Origin: an uncultured Desulfobacteraceae bacterium
Lineage (GTDB): Bacteria; Desulfobacterota; Desulfobacteria; Desulfobacterales; UBA2156
DNA length: 64,000 nt
Direction of reading: 5' to 3'
NCBI GenBank assembly: GCA_964596535.1
Contig: CAZQUR010000004.1
Location: forward strand, 33-64,032
Shown: in pieces, positions 34,866 to 44,810 of the stretch
Layout of the letters: every line of letters begins with the position of its first letter
Numbering within the stretch: the stretch's first letter is position 1
Notes under the pieces: generated by a model
Databases searched by the model: none
What the model saw: the letters and a program-made list of their open reading frames with translations, nothing else
Told to the model about the DNA's origin: nothing
Position numbers and translations under genes: made by a program

Positions 34866-35621
34866 ATGGCCGATGCTCCCCTGGTATTCGAGGCCCTGGA
34901 CCGGGAGGACAGAGCCCGGTTCATTCTGGACATCTTTCACCGGATCCTCATCCATTACGCCCTGTGGTTCACGGAAATCCGGCACCAGATGGGGCCGGAC
35001 AAGGCCTTGGAGATGCTGGGGGCGGCCTGGGATCGGGGCTATCCGATCCAGATGCGCCGTCTTTCCAAACTCCTTCATTTCAACCTTGAAAACAACCTCC
35101 CCGAAGCCCTTCTGAACATGCCCTTGGAGGCGCAAAAGGCCCTCCTGGAAGGGGTCGCCGCCAACTGGCTGGCCAATGACGGGGTATGGTTCCAGGCCGT
35201 GGAGTTTTCCAGCGGCATGGTGGATGCCAAGCGGTGCAACGACGCCTGCTGGGGGCATTTCTCCCCCTTCGAAGCCTGGTCCATCAAGCGCTTTGCATCC
35301 ATTCCGGAAAATGCGGGGCTGGAAGGACTCAAAACCGCATTGACCTATCGCATCTACGCCTTGATCAACCGGTATTCCGTCATCGATGAGGGTCCCGATG
35401 CCTTTCTTTTCCAAATGAACGACTGCCGGGTGCAATCCGCCCGAAAGCGCAAAGGGCTGGACGATTACCCCTGCAAGTCCGGCGGCATGGTGGAATATAC
35501 CTATTTCGCCAAGGCCATGGATCCGCGCATTCACGTGGAGTGCATCGGGTGTCCCCCGGATCCCCACCCCGATGAATGGTTCTGCTGCTGGCGCTTTTCG
35601 ATCCCCGACGCGGCTTCTTGA
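34866..35621 (+). CDS. hypothetical protein with Cys-rich C-terminus
   Basis: ATG 34866 after AAGGAG (ORF open from 34701). C-terminal CRVQ...CKSGG...ECIGCPPDPHPDEWFCCWRF. Family not recognised with confidence. Confidence 0.6.
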   Translation: MADAPLVFEALDREDRARFILDIFHRILIHYALWFTEIRHQMGPDKALEMLGAAWDRGYPIQMRRLSKLLHFNLENNLPEALLNMPLEAQKALLEGVAANWLANDGVWFQAVEFSSGMVDAKRCNDACWGHFSPFEAWSIKRFASIPENAGLEGLKTALTYRIYALINRYSVIDEGPDAFLFQMNDCRVQSARKRKGLDDYPCKSGGMVEYTYFAKAMDPRIHVECIGCPPDPHPDEWFCCWRFSIPDAAS

Positions 35622-35643
35622 AACCGGGGATGCAAGAGATTCC

Positions 35644-36687
35644 ATGAAAGCCCTGATTCTACGACAAGTCACCGATATGGCCCAAAATACCGCACCCCTG
35701 GATCTTGTGGAACGCCTGGTTCCGGTGCCGGGCGAAAACGAAATCCGGATCAACGTCACCGTGTGCGGCGTCTGCCACACGGAACTGGACGAGATCGAGG
35801 GCCGGACACCGCCGAGTGTTTTTCCCATGATTCCGGGGCACCAGGTGGTGGGCAGGGTGGCGGAAAGGGGTCCCGGGGCACATCGGTTCCGCATCGGGGA
35901 CCGGGTGGGGGTGGCCTGGATTTTTTCCGCCTGCGGCGCCTGCGGCCACTGCATCAACGGGGAGGAAAACCTGTGCCCGGATTTTCAAGCCACGGGAAGG
36001 GACGCGCCCGGCGGCTATGCCGAGTCCATGACCGCCAAAGAAGACTTTGTATTTCAAATCCCTCCTGTTTTCTCGGACGCCGAGGCCGCGCCCATGTTGT
36101 GCGCCGGGGCCATCGGCATGCGGTCCCTGCGCCTTTCCGGGATCCGAAACGGTCAACGGCTGGGATTGACCGGTTTCGGAGCGTCCGCCCACCTCGTGAT
36201 TCAAACGGTGCGGCACGGGTATCCCGGCACACGGATCTACGTCTTCGCCCGAAGCGCGGCCGAGCGGGAATTCGCGCTGACACTCGGGGCGGTCTGGGCG
36301 GGGGATACCACCGAAACACCGCCGGAAAAGCTGGACGCCGTCATCGACACCACGCCGGCCTGGAAACCGGTGGTGGAAGCGCTGAAACACCTCAAGCCGG
36401 GCGGCCGGCTGATCATCAATGCCATCCGCAAGGAAGACGCCGATAAAAAAGAACTCCTCCGCCTCGATTATCCCGAACACCTGTGGCTGGAAAAAGAGAT
36501 CAAGAGTGTGGCCAATGTGGCCCGAAAAGACGTGAGCGATTTCCTGCGTGCAGCCGCGGAAATCCCCATCAAGCCGCACATCCGGGAGTTCCCCCTGGAA
36601 AAGGCCAATGAGGCGCTGATGGAACTGAAAAAAAGAAAAGCCCGGGGGGCCAAAGTCCTGCGGATCCGTCACCCGGACCAAGAGTAG
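35644..36687 (+). CDS. zinc-dependent alcohol dehydrogenase (MDR family)
   Basis: ATG 35644. Motifs CGVCHTELDE, GHQVVGRV; structural-Zn motif CGACGHCINGEENLC; Rossmann LGLTGFGASAHL. Confidence 0.9.
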   Translation: MKALILRQVTDMAQNTAPLDLVERLVPVPGENEIRINVTVCGVCHTELDEIEGRTPPSVFPMIPGHQVVGRVAERGPGAHRFRIGDRVGVAWIFSACGACGHCINGEENLCPDFQATGRDAPGGYAESMTAKEDFVFQIPPVFSDAEAAPMLCAGAIGMRSLRLSGIRNGQRLGLTGFGASAHLVIQTVRHGYPGTRIYVFARSAAEREFALTLGAVWAGDTTETPPEKLDAVIDTTPAWKPVVEALKHLKPGGRLIINAIRKEDADKKELLRLDYPEHLWLEKEIKSVANVARKDVSDFLRAAAEIPIKPHIREFPLEKANEALMELKKRKARGAKVLRIRHPDQE

Positions 36688-36721
36688 CAGACCCTTTCAA
36701 ACTCTTTCGGTGCGTGATCCG

Positions 36722-36894
36722 CTAGGTAACGGGCCTGCACCCTTTTTTCACCAGAAGCGCCGTCACCGCTTCCATGGCTTCTTCCACGGAAAGGTGCTCC
36801 ATGTTGAGGACCAGGTCGTAATTCAGCGGGTCGGCCACATCCGCGTTAAGGGAAGTGCGCGTCCCAAAATCCGCCCCCACGACGCCGCCGGTCC
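36722..36894 (-). pseudogene. 3' remnant resembling the C-terminus of a cytidylate-kinase-like family protein
   Basis: Frame encodes ...TSLNADVADPLNYDLVLNMEHLSVEEAMEAVTALLVKKG*, recalled C-terminal pattern (dP.lYDLviNt..ls.eea). The upstream part of this frame runs into the gdhA coding region. No credible N-terminal domain. Confidence 0.3.
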
Positions 36895-38250
36895 TTACAC
36901 CAACCCCTGGTCCATCATGGCCTCCACCACTTTCACGAAACCGGCGATGTTCGCCCCCCGGACATAATTTCCGGGCGTGCCGTAGGCCGCGGCGGCGTCC
37001 AGGCACGTGCGGTGGATACTGCGCATGATCATCTGCAGGCGCTGGTCCACCTCCTCGCGGGTCCAGGAAATCCGCATGCTGTTCTGGGTCATTTCCAGCC
37101 CGGAAACCGAAACCCCGCCGGCATTGGCCGCTTTCCCCGGGCCGTACAGGATATGGCTGTCCAGGAAAAGATCCACGCCCTGGGGGACGGTGGGCATGTT
37201 GGCCCCTTCGCACACCACCTCCACGCCGTTTTGCACCAGGTTCCGGGCGTCTTTTTCGTTGATTTCATTCTGCGTGGCGCTGGGGAATGCGCAGTGGGCC
37301 TTGTGGTTCCAAAGGGGATTATCGTCGAGGGCGGGGTCCACGGGGGTGTAAACGGCCTTGGGATACGCATCGGCATATTCCTTGATCCGGCCGCGCTTGA
37401 CGTTTTTCAGGCGTTTCACAAAGGAAAGCTTTTCCCGGTCGATCCCCTCTTCATCGAAAATATACCCGGAAGAATCGGAGAGGGTGACGGGGAGGGCATC
37501 GAAATCCAGCAGTTTTTCGACCGTGAACTGGGCCACGTTCCCGGATCCGGAGACCAAACAGATTTTGCCCTCCAGGGTTTTGTTTTGCGTTGCCAGCATT
37601 TCCGAGGCGAAATAGACGCTCCCGTAACCGGTGGCCTCGGGCCGGATGAGGCTCCCGCCCCAGTTGAGATTCTTCCCGGTCAAAACCCCCGTGAATTCAT
37701 TGGTCAATTTTTTGTACATCCCGAACAGATACCCGATTTCCCGTGCCCCCACGCCGATGTCCCCGGCCGGAACATCCGTGTTGGGCCCGATGTGCCGGAA
37801 AAGCTCGCACATGAAGCTCTGGCAGAAACGCATCACCTCGGTGTCGGATTTCCCCTTGGGATCGAAGTCGGAGCCCCCTTTCCCGCCGCCCATGGGAAGG
37901 GTGGTCAGGGCGTTCTTGAAGACCTGTTCGAAGGCAAGGAATTTGAGGATCCCCAGGTTCACGGAAGGATGAAACCGGAGCCCCCCTTTGTAAGGTCCGA
38001 TGGCGTTGTTCATCTCCACCCGGAATCCGCGATTCACATAAACCTCTCCCCGATCATCCATCCAGGGGACCCGGAACAGGATCACGCGGTCCGGCTCCAC
38101 CAGCCGCTCCAGGATCTTGGCCTTCCGGTATTCAGGGAATCGATCCAACACCGGCATGATGGATTCCACCACCTCCCCCACCGCCTGATGGAATTCCCGT
38201 TCATTGGGATCCTTGTCTTTCACCACCTTCAAAACGTCTTCTTTCATCAT
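36895..38250 (-). CDS. gdhA: NADP-specific glutamate dehydrogenase
   Basis: 451 aa. Hallmark KGGLRFHPSVNLGILKFLAFEQVFKNALTTLPMGGGKGGSDFDPKGKS and a C-terminal Rossmann domain. Confidence 0.95.
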   Translation of the reverse strand: MMKEDVLKVVKDKDPNEREFHQAVGEVVESIMPVLDRFPEYRKAKILERLVEPDRVILFRVPWMDDRGEVYVNRGFRVEMNNAIGPYKGGLRFHPSVNLGILKFLAFEQVFKNALTTLPMGGGKGGSDFDPKGKSDTEVMRFCQSFMCELFRHIGPNTDVPAGDIGVGAREIGYLFGMYKKLTNEFTGVLTGKNLNWGGSLIRPEATGYGSVYFASEMLATQNKTLEGKICLVSGSGNVAQFTVEKLLDFDALPVTLSDSSGYIFDEEGIDREKLSFVKRLKNVKRGRIKEYADAYPKAVYTPVDPALDDNPLWNHKAHCAFPSATQNEINEKDARNLVQNGVEVVCEGANMPTVPQGVDLFLDSHILYGPGKAANAGGVSVSGLEMTQNSMRISWTREEVDQRLQMIMRSIHRTCLDAAAAYGTPGNYVRGANIAGFVKVVEAMMDQGLV

Positions 38251-38409
38251 CCCTCCTTTTTCATCCTCTCCACATCCCGAATGACGGAGTCCCTTTCCCC
38301 TGATTGCAGTTCATTCTTGACACTTGTCTTGACTTTTGACAAAGTATTCCAAAGGTTATTAATGTACCCGTTACGACAAATGAAAACAAGCGTAAAGGAG
38401 TTTCTCCGA

Positions 38410-38985
38410 ATGGAAAAAGCGCTGAGACGGATCCCCCGGGCCGTCGGGGTCATGATTCTCTTTTTCATGACAACCGGAACGGCTTTCGGGGCGGAAAGCC
38501 CGTTATATCTGAAAAACAACATTCACGCCCAGCAGGGAAGGCGCGACATCAAGGCCAGTTATGCCAACTGGACCGATCCGGGGGCCGGACATATCATCAT
38601 TCCCGTCAACACTCCGGTGATCTTTGAAAGAGGCGGGCATATCCGGCGGTCCGTTTTCACCATCGTGTTACCGGAATCGGGGAAAAAGATTCTCTTCGAA
38701 TTCGACAAAAAACGCATGGCCATGGAACCGGAAGCATACTGGAAGTTGATCGCTTCCCCGGACAAGGTGGACCTGACCCTCTTTTCCAAGATTGATCAAA
38801 GGGGAATTCAGGAGGGAAAGGCGTATCCCGGGATGACGAAAGACGGCGTCCGGATCGCATTGGGATATCCCGCCGCCCACCAGACGCCCTCGCTCACGGA
38901 AAACCGATGGGTCTACTGGACCAATCGCTTCCGAAGCGTTGCGGTGACATTCGGCCCCGACAACAAAGTGACCGCCGTTCGGTAA
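38410..38985 (+). CDS. exported hypothetical protein (signal peptide; BamE/SmpA-like C-terminal fold suspected)
   Basis: ATG 38410 after AAAGGAG. The rest of ORF 37012..38985 is antisense shadow of gdhA. Signal-like MEKALRRIPRAVGVMILFFMTTGTAFGAESP. C-terminal GMTKDGVRIALGYP...WVYW. Confidence 0.6.
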   Translation: MEKALRRIPRAVGVMILFFMTTGTAFGAESPLYLKNNIHAQQGRRDIKASYANWTDPGAGHIIIPVNTPVIFERGGHIRRSVFTIVLPESGKKILFEFDKKRMAMEPEAYWKLIASPDKVDLTLFSKIDQRGIQEGKAYPGMTKDGVRIALGYPAAHQTPSLTENRWVYWTNRFRSVAVTFGPDNKVTAVR

Positions 38986-39039
38986 GGATTCTTTCATTCA
39001 ATCACCTTTCCCTTGCCCATTCGATCAAAGGCATCGGTC

Positions 39040-39777
39040 ATGCAATCGTGCGCTTCCCGTAAAATCGCCTTGATCACCGGAGGAAGCCGGGGTATCGGTG
39101 CCGCCGTTTCCTGCGCGCTCGCCCGGGACGGATTCGACATCTGGCTGAATTACCGCAACAACCACGATGCCGCCGCTGGGGTCGCCCATGCGGTGGAAAC
39201 GATTGGAAGCGCCTGCCGCCTTGTTCCCTTCGACGTGACCGATCCGGAAAAGATCGAAGCACTGCTGGGAACGCTCCTGGAGACCCAAACCCCCTATGCT
39301 CTGGTCAACAATGCCGGCTTCAGCCGGGACGCCCTCATGGTCTGGATGACCCGATCGGAATGGAAAACCGTACTGTCCGTTTCCCTAAACGGCTTTTTCC
39401 ACGTCACCAAGCCGGTGCTCCACGCCATGCTCCGGAAACGGGAAGGACGGATCATCAACATCGTTTCCACCTCAGGCGAAAGCGGCATGCCCGGACAGGT
39501 CAATTACAGCGCCGCCAAAGCCGGGCTCATCGGCGCCACCAAGGCCCTGGCCAAGGAAGTGGGCAAGCGGAATGTACTGGTCAATGCGGTGTCTCCCGGA
39601 TTCATTCAGACGGAAATGACCGAAAAACTTCCGGGGGACAAGATTCTCCCCACGATTCCCTTGGGACGGTTCGGGACCCCCCAAGAAGTCGCCGCCGTGG
39701 TTTCTTTTCTGTGTTCGGAAAAGGCCGCTTATATCACAGGCCAGGTGATCGGCGTGAACGGGGGCATCTATATATAA
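39040..39777 (+). CDS. 3-oxoacyl-ACP reductase (SDR, FabG-type ketoreductase)
   Basis: Motifs IALITGGSRGIGAAV, LVNNAGF, NYSAAKAGLIGATKALA. Confidence 0.9.
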   Translation: MQSCASRKIALITGGSRGIGAAVSCALARDGFDIWLNYRNNHDAAAGVAHAVETIGSACRLVPFDVTDPEKIEALLGTLLETQTPYALVNNAGFSRDALMVWMTRSEWKTVLSVSLNGFFHVTKPVLHAMLRKREGRIINIVSTSGESGMPGQVNYSAAKAGLIGATKALAKEVGKRNVLVNAVSPGFIQTEMTEKLPGDKILPTIPLGRFGTPQEVAAVVSFLCSEKAAYITGQVIGVNGGIYI

Positions 39778-39813
39778 CCCATCGGGCTTGCACGGCCCGG
39801 TAGTAAGGGACCC

Positions 39814-41034
39814 ATGCATCGCGTCGCCATCACCGGTATCGGGATCGTTTCCTGCCTGGGCAATGACATCCGCTCCGTTTCCACGGCGCTCCGGGAAGGA
39901 AAATCAGGGGTTGTCGTGGATCCCCGGCGTATACAACTGGGATTTCGAAGTCCCCTCACCGGAACCATTGCGAATTTTGAGTTAACGTCTCCCCTTCACC
40001 GGAAATATCGAAAAACCATGCCCGATTTTTCCGTGTGGGCGTACGGAGGCGTGCTGGAAGCCCTCCGGATGGCGGGTCTTTATCCCGGGGCAATCCAAAA
40101 CGAAGAAACCGGCCTGATATTCGGCTGCGATTCCAGTTGCGGGGCGGCTGTCCAGCAGGTGGACCTGCTGAAAAAACATCGGGAAACCAAATCCATCGGA
40201 AGCGGTTGGATCTTTCGTTCCATGACCTCCAATGTCACCATGAACCTGAACACCATCCTGAAAACCCGGGGCGCGTGCTGGACCGTCAGCGCCGCCTGTT
40301 CCAGCGGCGGGCATGCCGTGGGACAGGCCGCCGATCTCATCGCTTCGGGAAGACAGGAGCGGGTCATTTGCGGGGGTGCCCAGGAAATCAATTGGGAAAC
40401 GGTGTGCAGCTTTGACGGATTGGGGGCCTTTTCCACGCGGATCCAGGATCCGGAAACCGCATCCCGGCCATTTGACCGGGACCGGGACGGATTGGTTCCC
40501 GGCGGTGGCGCCGCCGCCCTGGTGCTGGAACGGATGGACAGGGCCCAAGGCCGGAATGCGCCGATTCTGGGGGAAATCCTTTCCTATGCTTTTTCTTCAG
40601 ACGGCGCGTTTCTCTACGTGCCCAGCCGGGACGGCCTGAAACGGGCCATGCAACAGGCCTTGAAACGCGCCCGCATGACGCCTTCGGATATCGGCTACAT
40701 CTGCGCCCACGCCACGTCCACCCAGGAAGGGGACGCCGCCGAAGCGGAAAACATTTATGCGGTCTTTTCGGATCGCTGCCCGCCCGTTTCGTCCACCAAG
40801 TCCATGACCGGCCATGAACTGTGGATGTCGGGCGCCTCCCAGGTCGTATACTCCACGCTGATGGCCCGAGACAATTTCATCGCGGCGAACATGAATTTCA
40901 CGGCCCCGGACGAACACACGAAGAAATTGAACATCGTCACGGAAACGCAACACAAAGGGCCCGAAACCGTCATGTGCAACTCCGCCGGGTTCGGGGGGAC
41001 CAATTCCTGCCTGATTTTGGGGTTTGCGCGATGA
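39814..41034 (+). CDS. beta-ketoacyl-ACP synthase (KS 1, Cys-His-His type)
   Basis: Motifs TVSAACSSGGHAVG, CAHATSTQEGD, MTGHELWMSGA. Confidence 0.9.
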   Translation: MHRVAITGIGIVSCLGNDIRSVSTALREGKSGVVVDPRRIQLGFRSPLTGTIANFELTSPLHRKYRKTMPDFSVWAYGGVLEALRMAGLYPGAIQNEETGLIFGCDSSCGAAVQQVDLLKKHRETKSIGSGWIFRSMTSNVTMNLNTILKTRGACWTVSAACSSGGHAVGQAADLIASGRQERVICGGAQEINWETVCSFDGLGAFSTRIQDPETASRPFDRDRDGLVPGGGAAALVLERMDRAQGRNAPILGEILSYAFSSDGAFLYVPSRDGLKRAMQQALKRARMTPSDIGYICAHATSTQEGDAAEAENIYAVFSDRCPPVSSTKSMTGHELWMSGASQVVYSTLMARDNFIAANMNFTAPDEHTKKLNIVTETQHKGPETVMCNSAGFGGTNSCLILGFAR

Positions 41035-42521
41035 AATTCGACTATGCCGTCATCGGCGCCGGCGCATCGGGCATGAGCGCCGCCGTCATACTGGCCAAGC
41101 ATGGATACTCGGTGGCCCTCATCGAAGCGGCCCACACCGTCGGGCCCCTGTTGCGGGGTTTTGAACGGAAAGGGATCTATTACGATACGGGATTCCACTA
41201 CACCGGCGGCCTCCACAAAGGCGGGGTGCTGGATATTTTCTTTCGGTATCTCGGGATCATGGAACATATCGAACCGGTACCCTTTGATCCGGAGGGCTTC
41301 GATCTGATCCGCTTTTTTGCACCCGATAGGGATTTCCTTTTTCCATACGGCTATGACCGCATCCGCGATCGGCTTTTGAAGGCCTTTCCCAAAGAACGCG
41401 CCGCCGTTGACGCCTATCTCGGCGCGGTCAGGGAAAGCTTTCAATCCAGGCCCTATCTCAATTTGGAAAAGGAATTTTCTCCTCTCCAGGAATTGCACAG
41501 CGTCCACGGCCCGAGCCTGAACGACGTCCTGGACCGCTTGAGCCCCGATGCGGCTCTCAAACACATCCTTTCGGCCCACTGTTATCTGCACGGTGCCGCG
41601 CCCGGCGATGTTACGTTTACCCAGCACGCGGCGGTGGTCGGATCCTACTACGAATCCGTTCACGGGCTCCGGGGGGGCGGCGCCAGCCTCGTTCACGCAT
41701 ATGAAAAGACCCTTTTCGACCACGGCGTCACCGTATTCTGCGGGAGGCGCGTTTCCGGAATCGATCTTTCCTTTCAGGGAAAGCCCGAGAGTGTCCGCCT
41801 GGCAAACGGAGAACACATCTCCTGCAGGGCCTGTATCGTTTCCATCCACCCCCGACGAATGCTTGAGCTGTTACCCTCCGAACGTTTCAGACCCTCTTAT
41901 GTCCGCCGCCTGGAAGGCCTGGACGAAACCTCTTCGGCTTTTATTCTTTATGGAAAAAGCCGGTCTTTACATCAGCGGCTGAACGGAAAAAACATTTTCT
42001 CTTTTTTTTCGTCCGCAGAAAACGGCTTCCGGGAAAAAGGGCCTTTGCATCGGCGCCCCCTCTTCATTTCATCGGCCGTACCGAAAAACAGCGCGTCCAC
42101 CGAACCGGGATTTATCGCCATCTGCCCCGCCACGCTGGGTCAGGCCGGGGCATGGTTGCATTCCTGCCCGGGGAAACGCCCCGGAGGATACCGCATCTTT
42201 AAAGCCCGTGTGATGGAGATGCTCAAAGATCGGGTTCGGGAAAGCTGCCCGGATATATCGGAGGACATTGAAATCGTGGAAGGCGCAACCCCACTGACAC
42301 TGCGGGATTTTTCCCACAGCCCCGCCGGGAGCCTTTACGGCGCGAAACATCGGGTGGGCCAATACAATCCCGTGTCCCTCACCCGCATCGACGGGCTTTA
42401 TCTTGCGGGGCAAGCCGTGGTGGCACCGGGCGTTCTCGGGGCCGTCATATCGGCTTTTCTGGCCTGCGGGAACATCCTGGGGCATGACCGCCTCCGGAAG
42501 GAATTGAACGCATGCCGGTAA
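41031..42521 (+). CDS. FAD/NAD(P)-dependent oxidoreductase, phytoene-desaturase (CrtI)-like family
   Basis: ATG 41031 overlaps the KS stop (ATGA). N-terminal dinucleotide fold YAVIGAGASGMSAAVILAKHG; ~500 aa, as in amine-oxidase/CrtI-type enzymes. Confidence 0.75.
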   Translation: MKFDYAVIGAGASGMSAAVILAKHGYSVALIEAAHTVGPLLRGFERKGIYYDTGFHYTGGLHKGGVLDIFFRYLGIMEHIEPVPFDPEGFDLIRFFAPDRDFLFPYGYDRIRDRLLKAFPKERAAVDAYLGAVRESFQSRPYLNLEKEFSPLQELHSVHGPSLNDVLDRLSPDAALKHILSAHCYLHGAAPGDVTFTQHAAVVGSYYESVHGLRGGGASLVHAYEKTLFDHGVTVFCGRRVSGIDLSFQGKPESVRLANGEHISCRACIVSIHPRRMLELLPSERFRPSYVRRLEGLDETSSAFILYGKSRSLHQRLNGKNIFSFFSSAENGFREKGPLHRRPLFISSAVPKNSASTEPGFIAICPATLGQAGAWLHSCPGKRPGGYRIFKARVMEMLKDRVRESCPDISEDIEIVEGATPLTLRDFSHSPAGSLYGAKHRVGQYNPVSLTRIDGLYLAGQAVVAPGVLGAVISAFLACGNILGHDRLRKELNACR

Positions 42522-43750
42522 ATCGCGTCGTTGTCACCGGAATGGGCGCCGTTTCACCGTTGGGCCGGGGCGCGGATGCACTTTTTCGGGGTTTGTCCCA
42601 AGGAAGAAGCGGGATCCGGTTTCAACCCGAGACCGCCGCCGTCCAGGGACTCCGGAGCCATGTGGCGGGTCGTGTCATGGATGTGGATCCCAAGGAGGTG
42701 CCGCGGAAATATCGCCGATCCATGTCGGCCGGATCCCTTTTTGCCGCCGTAGGGGCCCGGGAAGCCCTCATCCAGGGAAACCTCCCGGAGAACCTGCGGA
42801 CCCGCGAAGATTTCGGGATCGCCATCGGCTCCACAGTGGGGAGTGTCGGAACCCTGGAAGAATTTTTCAGGGAATATTTCTCCGATTTCTGCCTGGAACG
42901 GATGCGCTCCACCCTGTTTTTCAAGATCATGAACCATTCTCCGGCCTCCAACGTGACGCAGATCCTGGGCATCCGGGGGCGCACCCTGGCGCCGGCGGCC
43001 GCTTGTTCCACCGGATGCCAAACGGTGGGAATCGGTTTCGAAACAATCGCTTCGGGAAAACAACGCTTCATGCTCTGCGGCGGAACCGATGAATTTCACC
43101 CCCTTTTCACCGCCACCTTTGATATCATGAACGCGGCGTCCACCCGTTACAACGAACATCCCCACCGAACCCCCCGTCCCTTTGATCGGGACCGGGACGG
43201 CGTGGTGTGCGCCGAAGGCTGCGGGATTCTCCTTTTGGAATCTCTGGAGTCGGCACTGGAGCGGGGCGCACCGATTTTAGCGGAAATTGCAGGGTTCGCC
43301 ACCCTCTCGGACCCATCCCACATCGCCCACCCGGATGCCGCCTCCATTGTCTCTTGCATGCGGGCCTGTCTCGAAAATGCGGGCTTGAAACCGAAAGCGA
43401 TTGATTATATTAACGCCCATGCCACGGCCACCACGGAAGGGGATGCCGCCGAGTGCGCGGCCATCCGCAAACTCTTTGGCGGCGCCACGGCCGTGAGCAG
43501 CCTCAAGGGGCACCTGGGTCACACCATGGCGGCCAGCGGGACCCTGGAACTGATGGCGTGCATCTTCATGATGCAGCAAAATCGGATGGTCCCCACGTTG
43601 AACCTCGATCACGTGGATCCGGCCTGCGGAGGAATCCGGCATGTCCGCCGCGTTGAAGAAAAATCCTTGCAGTGGATTTTAAAAAACAATTTTGCCCTTG
43701 GGGGCGTCAACTCTTCGGTGCTGCTGCGGAGATTCAACCGTGACGGATAA
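42512..43750 (+). CDS. beta-ketoacyl-ACP synthase (KS 2)
   Basis: Motifs APAAACSTGCQTVG, NAHATATTEGD, GHLGHTMAASG. Overlaps the upstream gene by 10 nt. Confidence 0.9.
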   Translation: MPVNRVVVTGMGAVSPLGRGADALFRGLSQGRSGIRFQPETAAVQGLRSHVAGRVMDVDPKEVPRKYRRSMSAGSLFAAVGAREALIQGNLPENLRTREDFGIAIGSTVGSVGTLEEFFREYFSDFCLERMRSTLFFKIMNHSPASNVTQILGIRGRTLAPAAACSTGCQTVGIGFETIASGKQRFMLCGGTDEFHPLFTATFDIMNAASTRYNEHPHRTPRPFDRDRDGVVCAEGCGILLLESLESALERGAPILAEIAGFATLSDPSHIAHPDAASIVSCMRACLENAGLKPKAIDYINAHATATTEGDAAECAAIRKLFGGATAVSSLKGHLGHTMAASGTLELMACIFMMQQNRMVPTLNLDHVDPACGGIRHVRRVEEKSLQWILKNNFALGGVNSSVLLRRFNRDG

Positions 43751-44003
43751 GGAAATCATCGAAAAAATAAACACGGCGTTGGCCGGGGAATTCGAGCTGG
43801 ACGAGGCGTCCATGGTGCCTGAGGCGCATCTTTTCGACGACCTGGAACTCGACAGCCTGGACCTGGTGGACATGGTGATTGTCCTGGAGCAAACCTTTGG
43901 ATTTAAAATCCGGGAAGAAGAAGAAATCCGCAGCATCCGGACCCTGGGAGATATTCACGCCTTTGTCATCCGCAAGCGACACCAGAGACTTCAAAGTTCC
44001 TAA
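43740..44003 (+). CDS. acyl carrier protein (ACP 1)
   Basis: GTG 43740 overlapping the KS stop. Phosphopantetheine site DLELDSLDLVDMV. 87 aa. Confidence 0.8.
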   Translation: MTDKEIIEKINTALAGEFELDEASMVPEAHLFDDLELDSLDLVDMVIVLEQTFGFKIREEEEIRSIRTLGDIHAFVIRKRHQRLQSS

Positions 44004-44810
44004 ATGGCTTTCCGCAAAAACCCTGAAAAAAAGGATCATCCGCCGAAAACGGTCCCCGGATCCATGTGGGCCTGTTTTCTGATGACCCTGACGGTCTATC
44101 CTCTGCTCAGCTTGTGGACACTGGGCGGCATGGCTGTATTCCCCGCGGCCTTTTTGCTCTTCAAGTTCGGCACCCGGTGGTCCACCGAACGGATCGTTCG
44201 TTTTTTCATCTGGATCTACGGAAGGGGATGGATCGCCCTGGTTTTTCCCTTTGTCCGGTTCTCGCGGAAGGGCCTTGAAAAAGCCGCATCGATGCAGCCG
44301 GTAATCCTGGTGGTGAACCATTTAAGCTTTTTCGACACCTACTGCATGGCGCTTCTGCCTTTTTACAATCTGGCCCTTGCCATCCGGAGTTGGCCCTTTC
44401 GCATGTATTGGTACGCGCCGTTCATGCGCATGGCCAATTATTTGGACGTGGAAACATCGGGATGGGATGACGCCTCTTTGCAGGCCAAAAAGATCCTCGA
44501 GCGGGGCGGAAACGTTTTGTTTTTTCCGGAAGGCCACCGGAGCCGGAACGGGGCGTTGGGTCGATTCTACTCGGGCGCCTTTCTCCTGGCCGTGGAAACG
44601 GGACGCCCCGTCATTCCCCTGGTGATTTCCGGGACGGATGTCCTTCTGCCCCCGGGTCGCCGGAGGCTGCATCCCGCCCGAATCCGGCTGGAAGCCCTTC
44701 CTCCGGTGGAGCCGAGGCGTTTTTCAGGACCCACCGCCCACATCCAACTGAAAAAAGTCGTGCGGGAAGCCATTGGACGGCGCCTCGAGGAGATACGAAT
44801 GGAGAGATGA
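44004..44810 (+). CDS. lysophospholipid/1-acyl-glycerol-3-phosphate acyltransferase-family protein (PlsC-like)
   Basis: HX4D motif NHLSFFD and FPEGHRSRNG. N-terminal TM segments. Confidence 0.85.
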   Translation: MAFRKNPEKKDHPPKTVPGSMWACFLMTLTVYPLLSLWTLGGMAVFPAAFLLFKFGTRWSTERIVRFFIWIYGRGWIALVFPFVRFSRKGLEKAASMQPVILVVNHLSFFDTYCMALLPFYNLALAIRSWPFRMYWYAPFMRMANYLDVETSGWDDASLQAKKILERGGNVLFFPEGHRSRNGALGRFYSGAFLLAVETGRPVIPLVISGTDVLLPPGRRRLHPARIRLEALPPVEPRRFSGPTAHIQLKKVVREAIGRRLEEIRMER

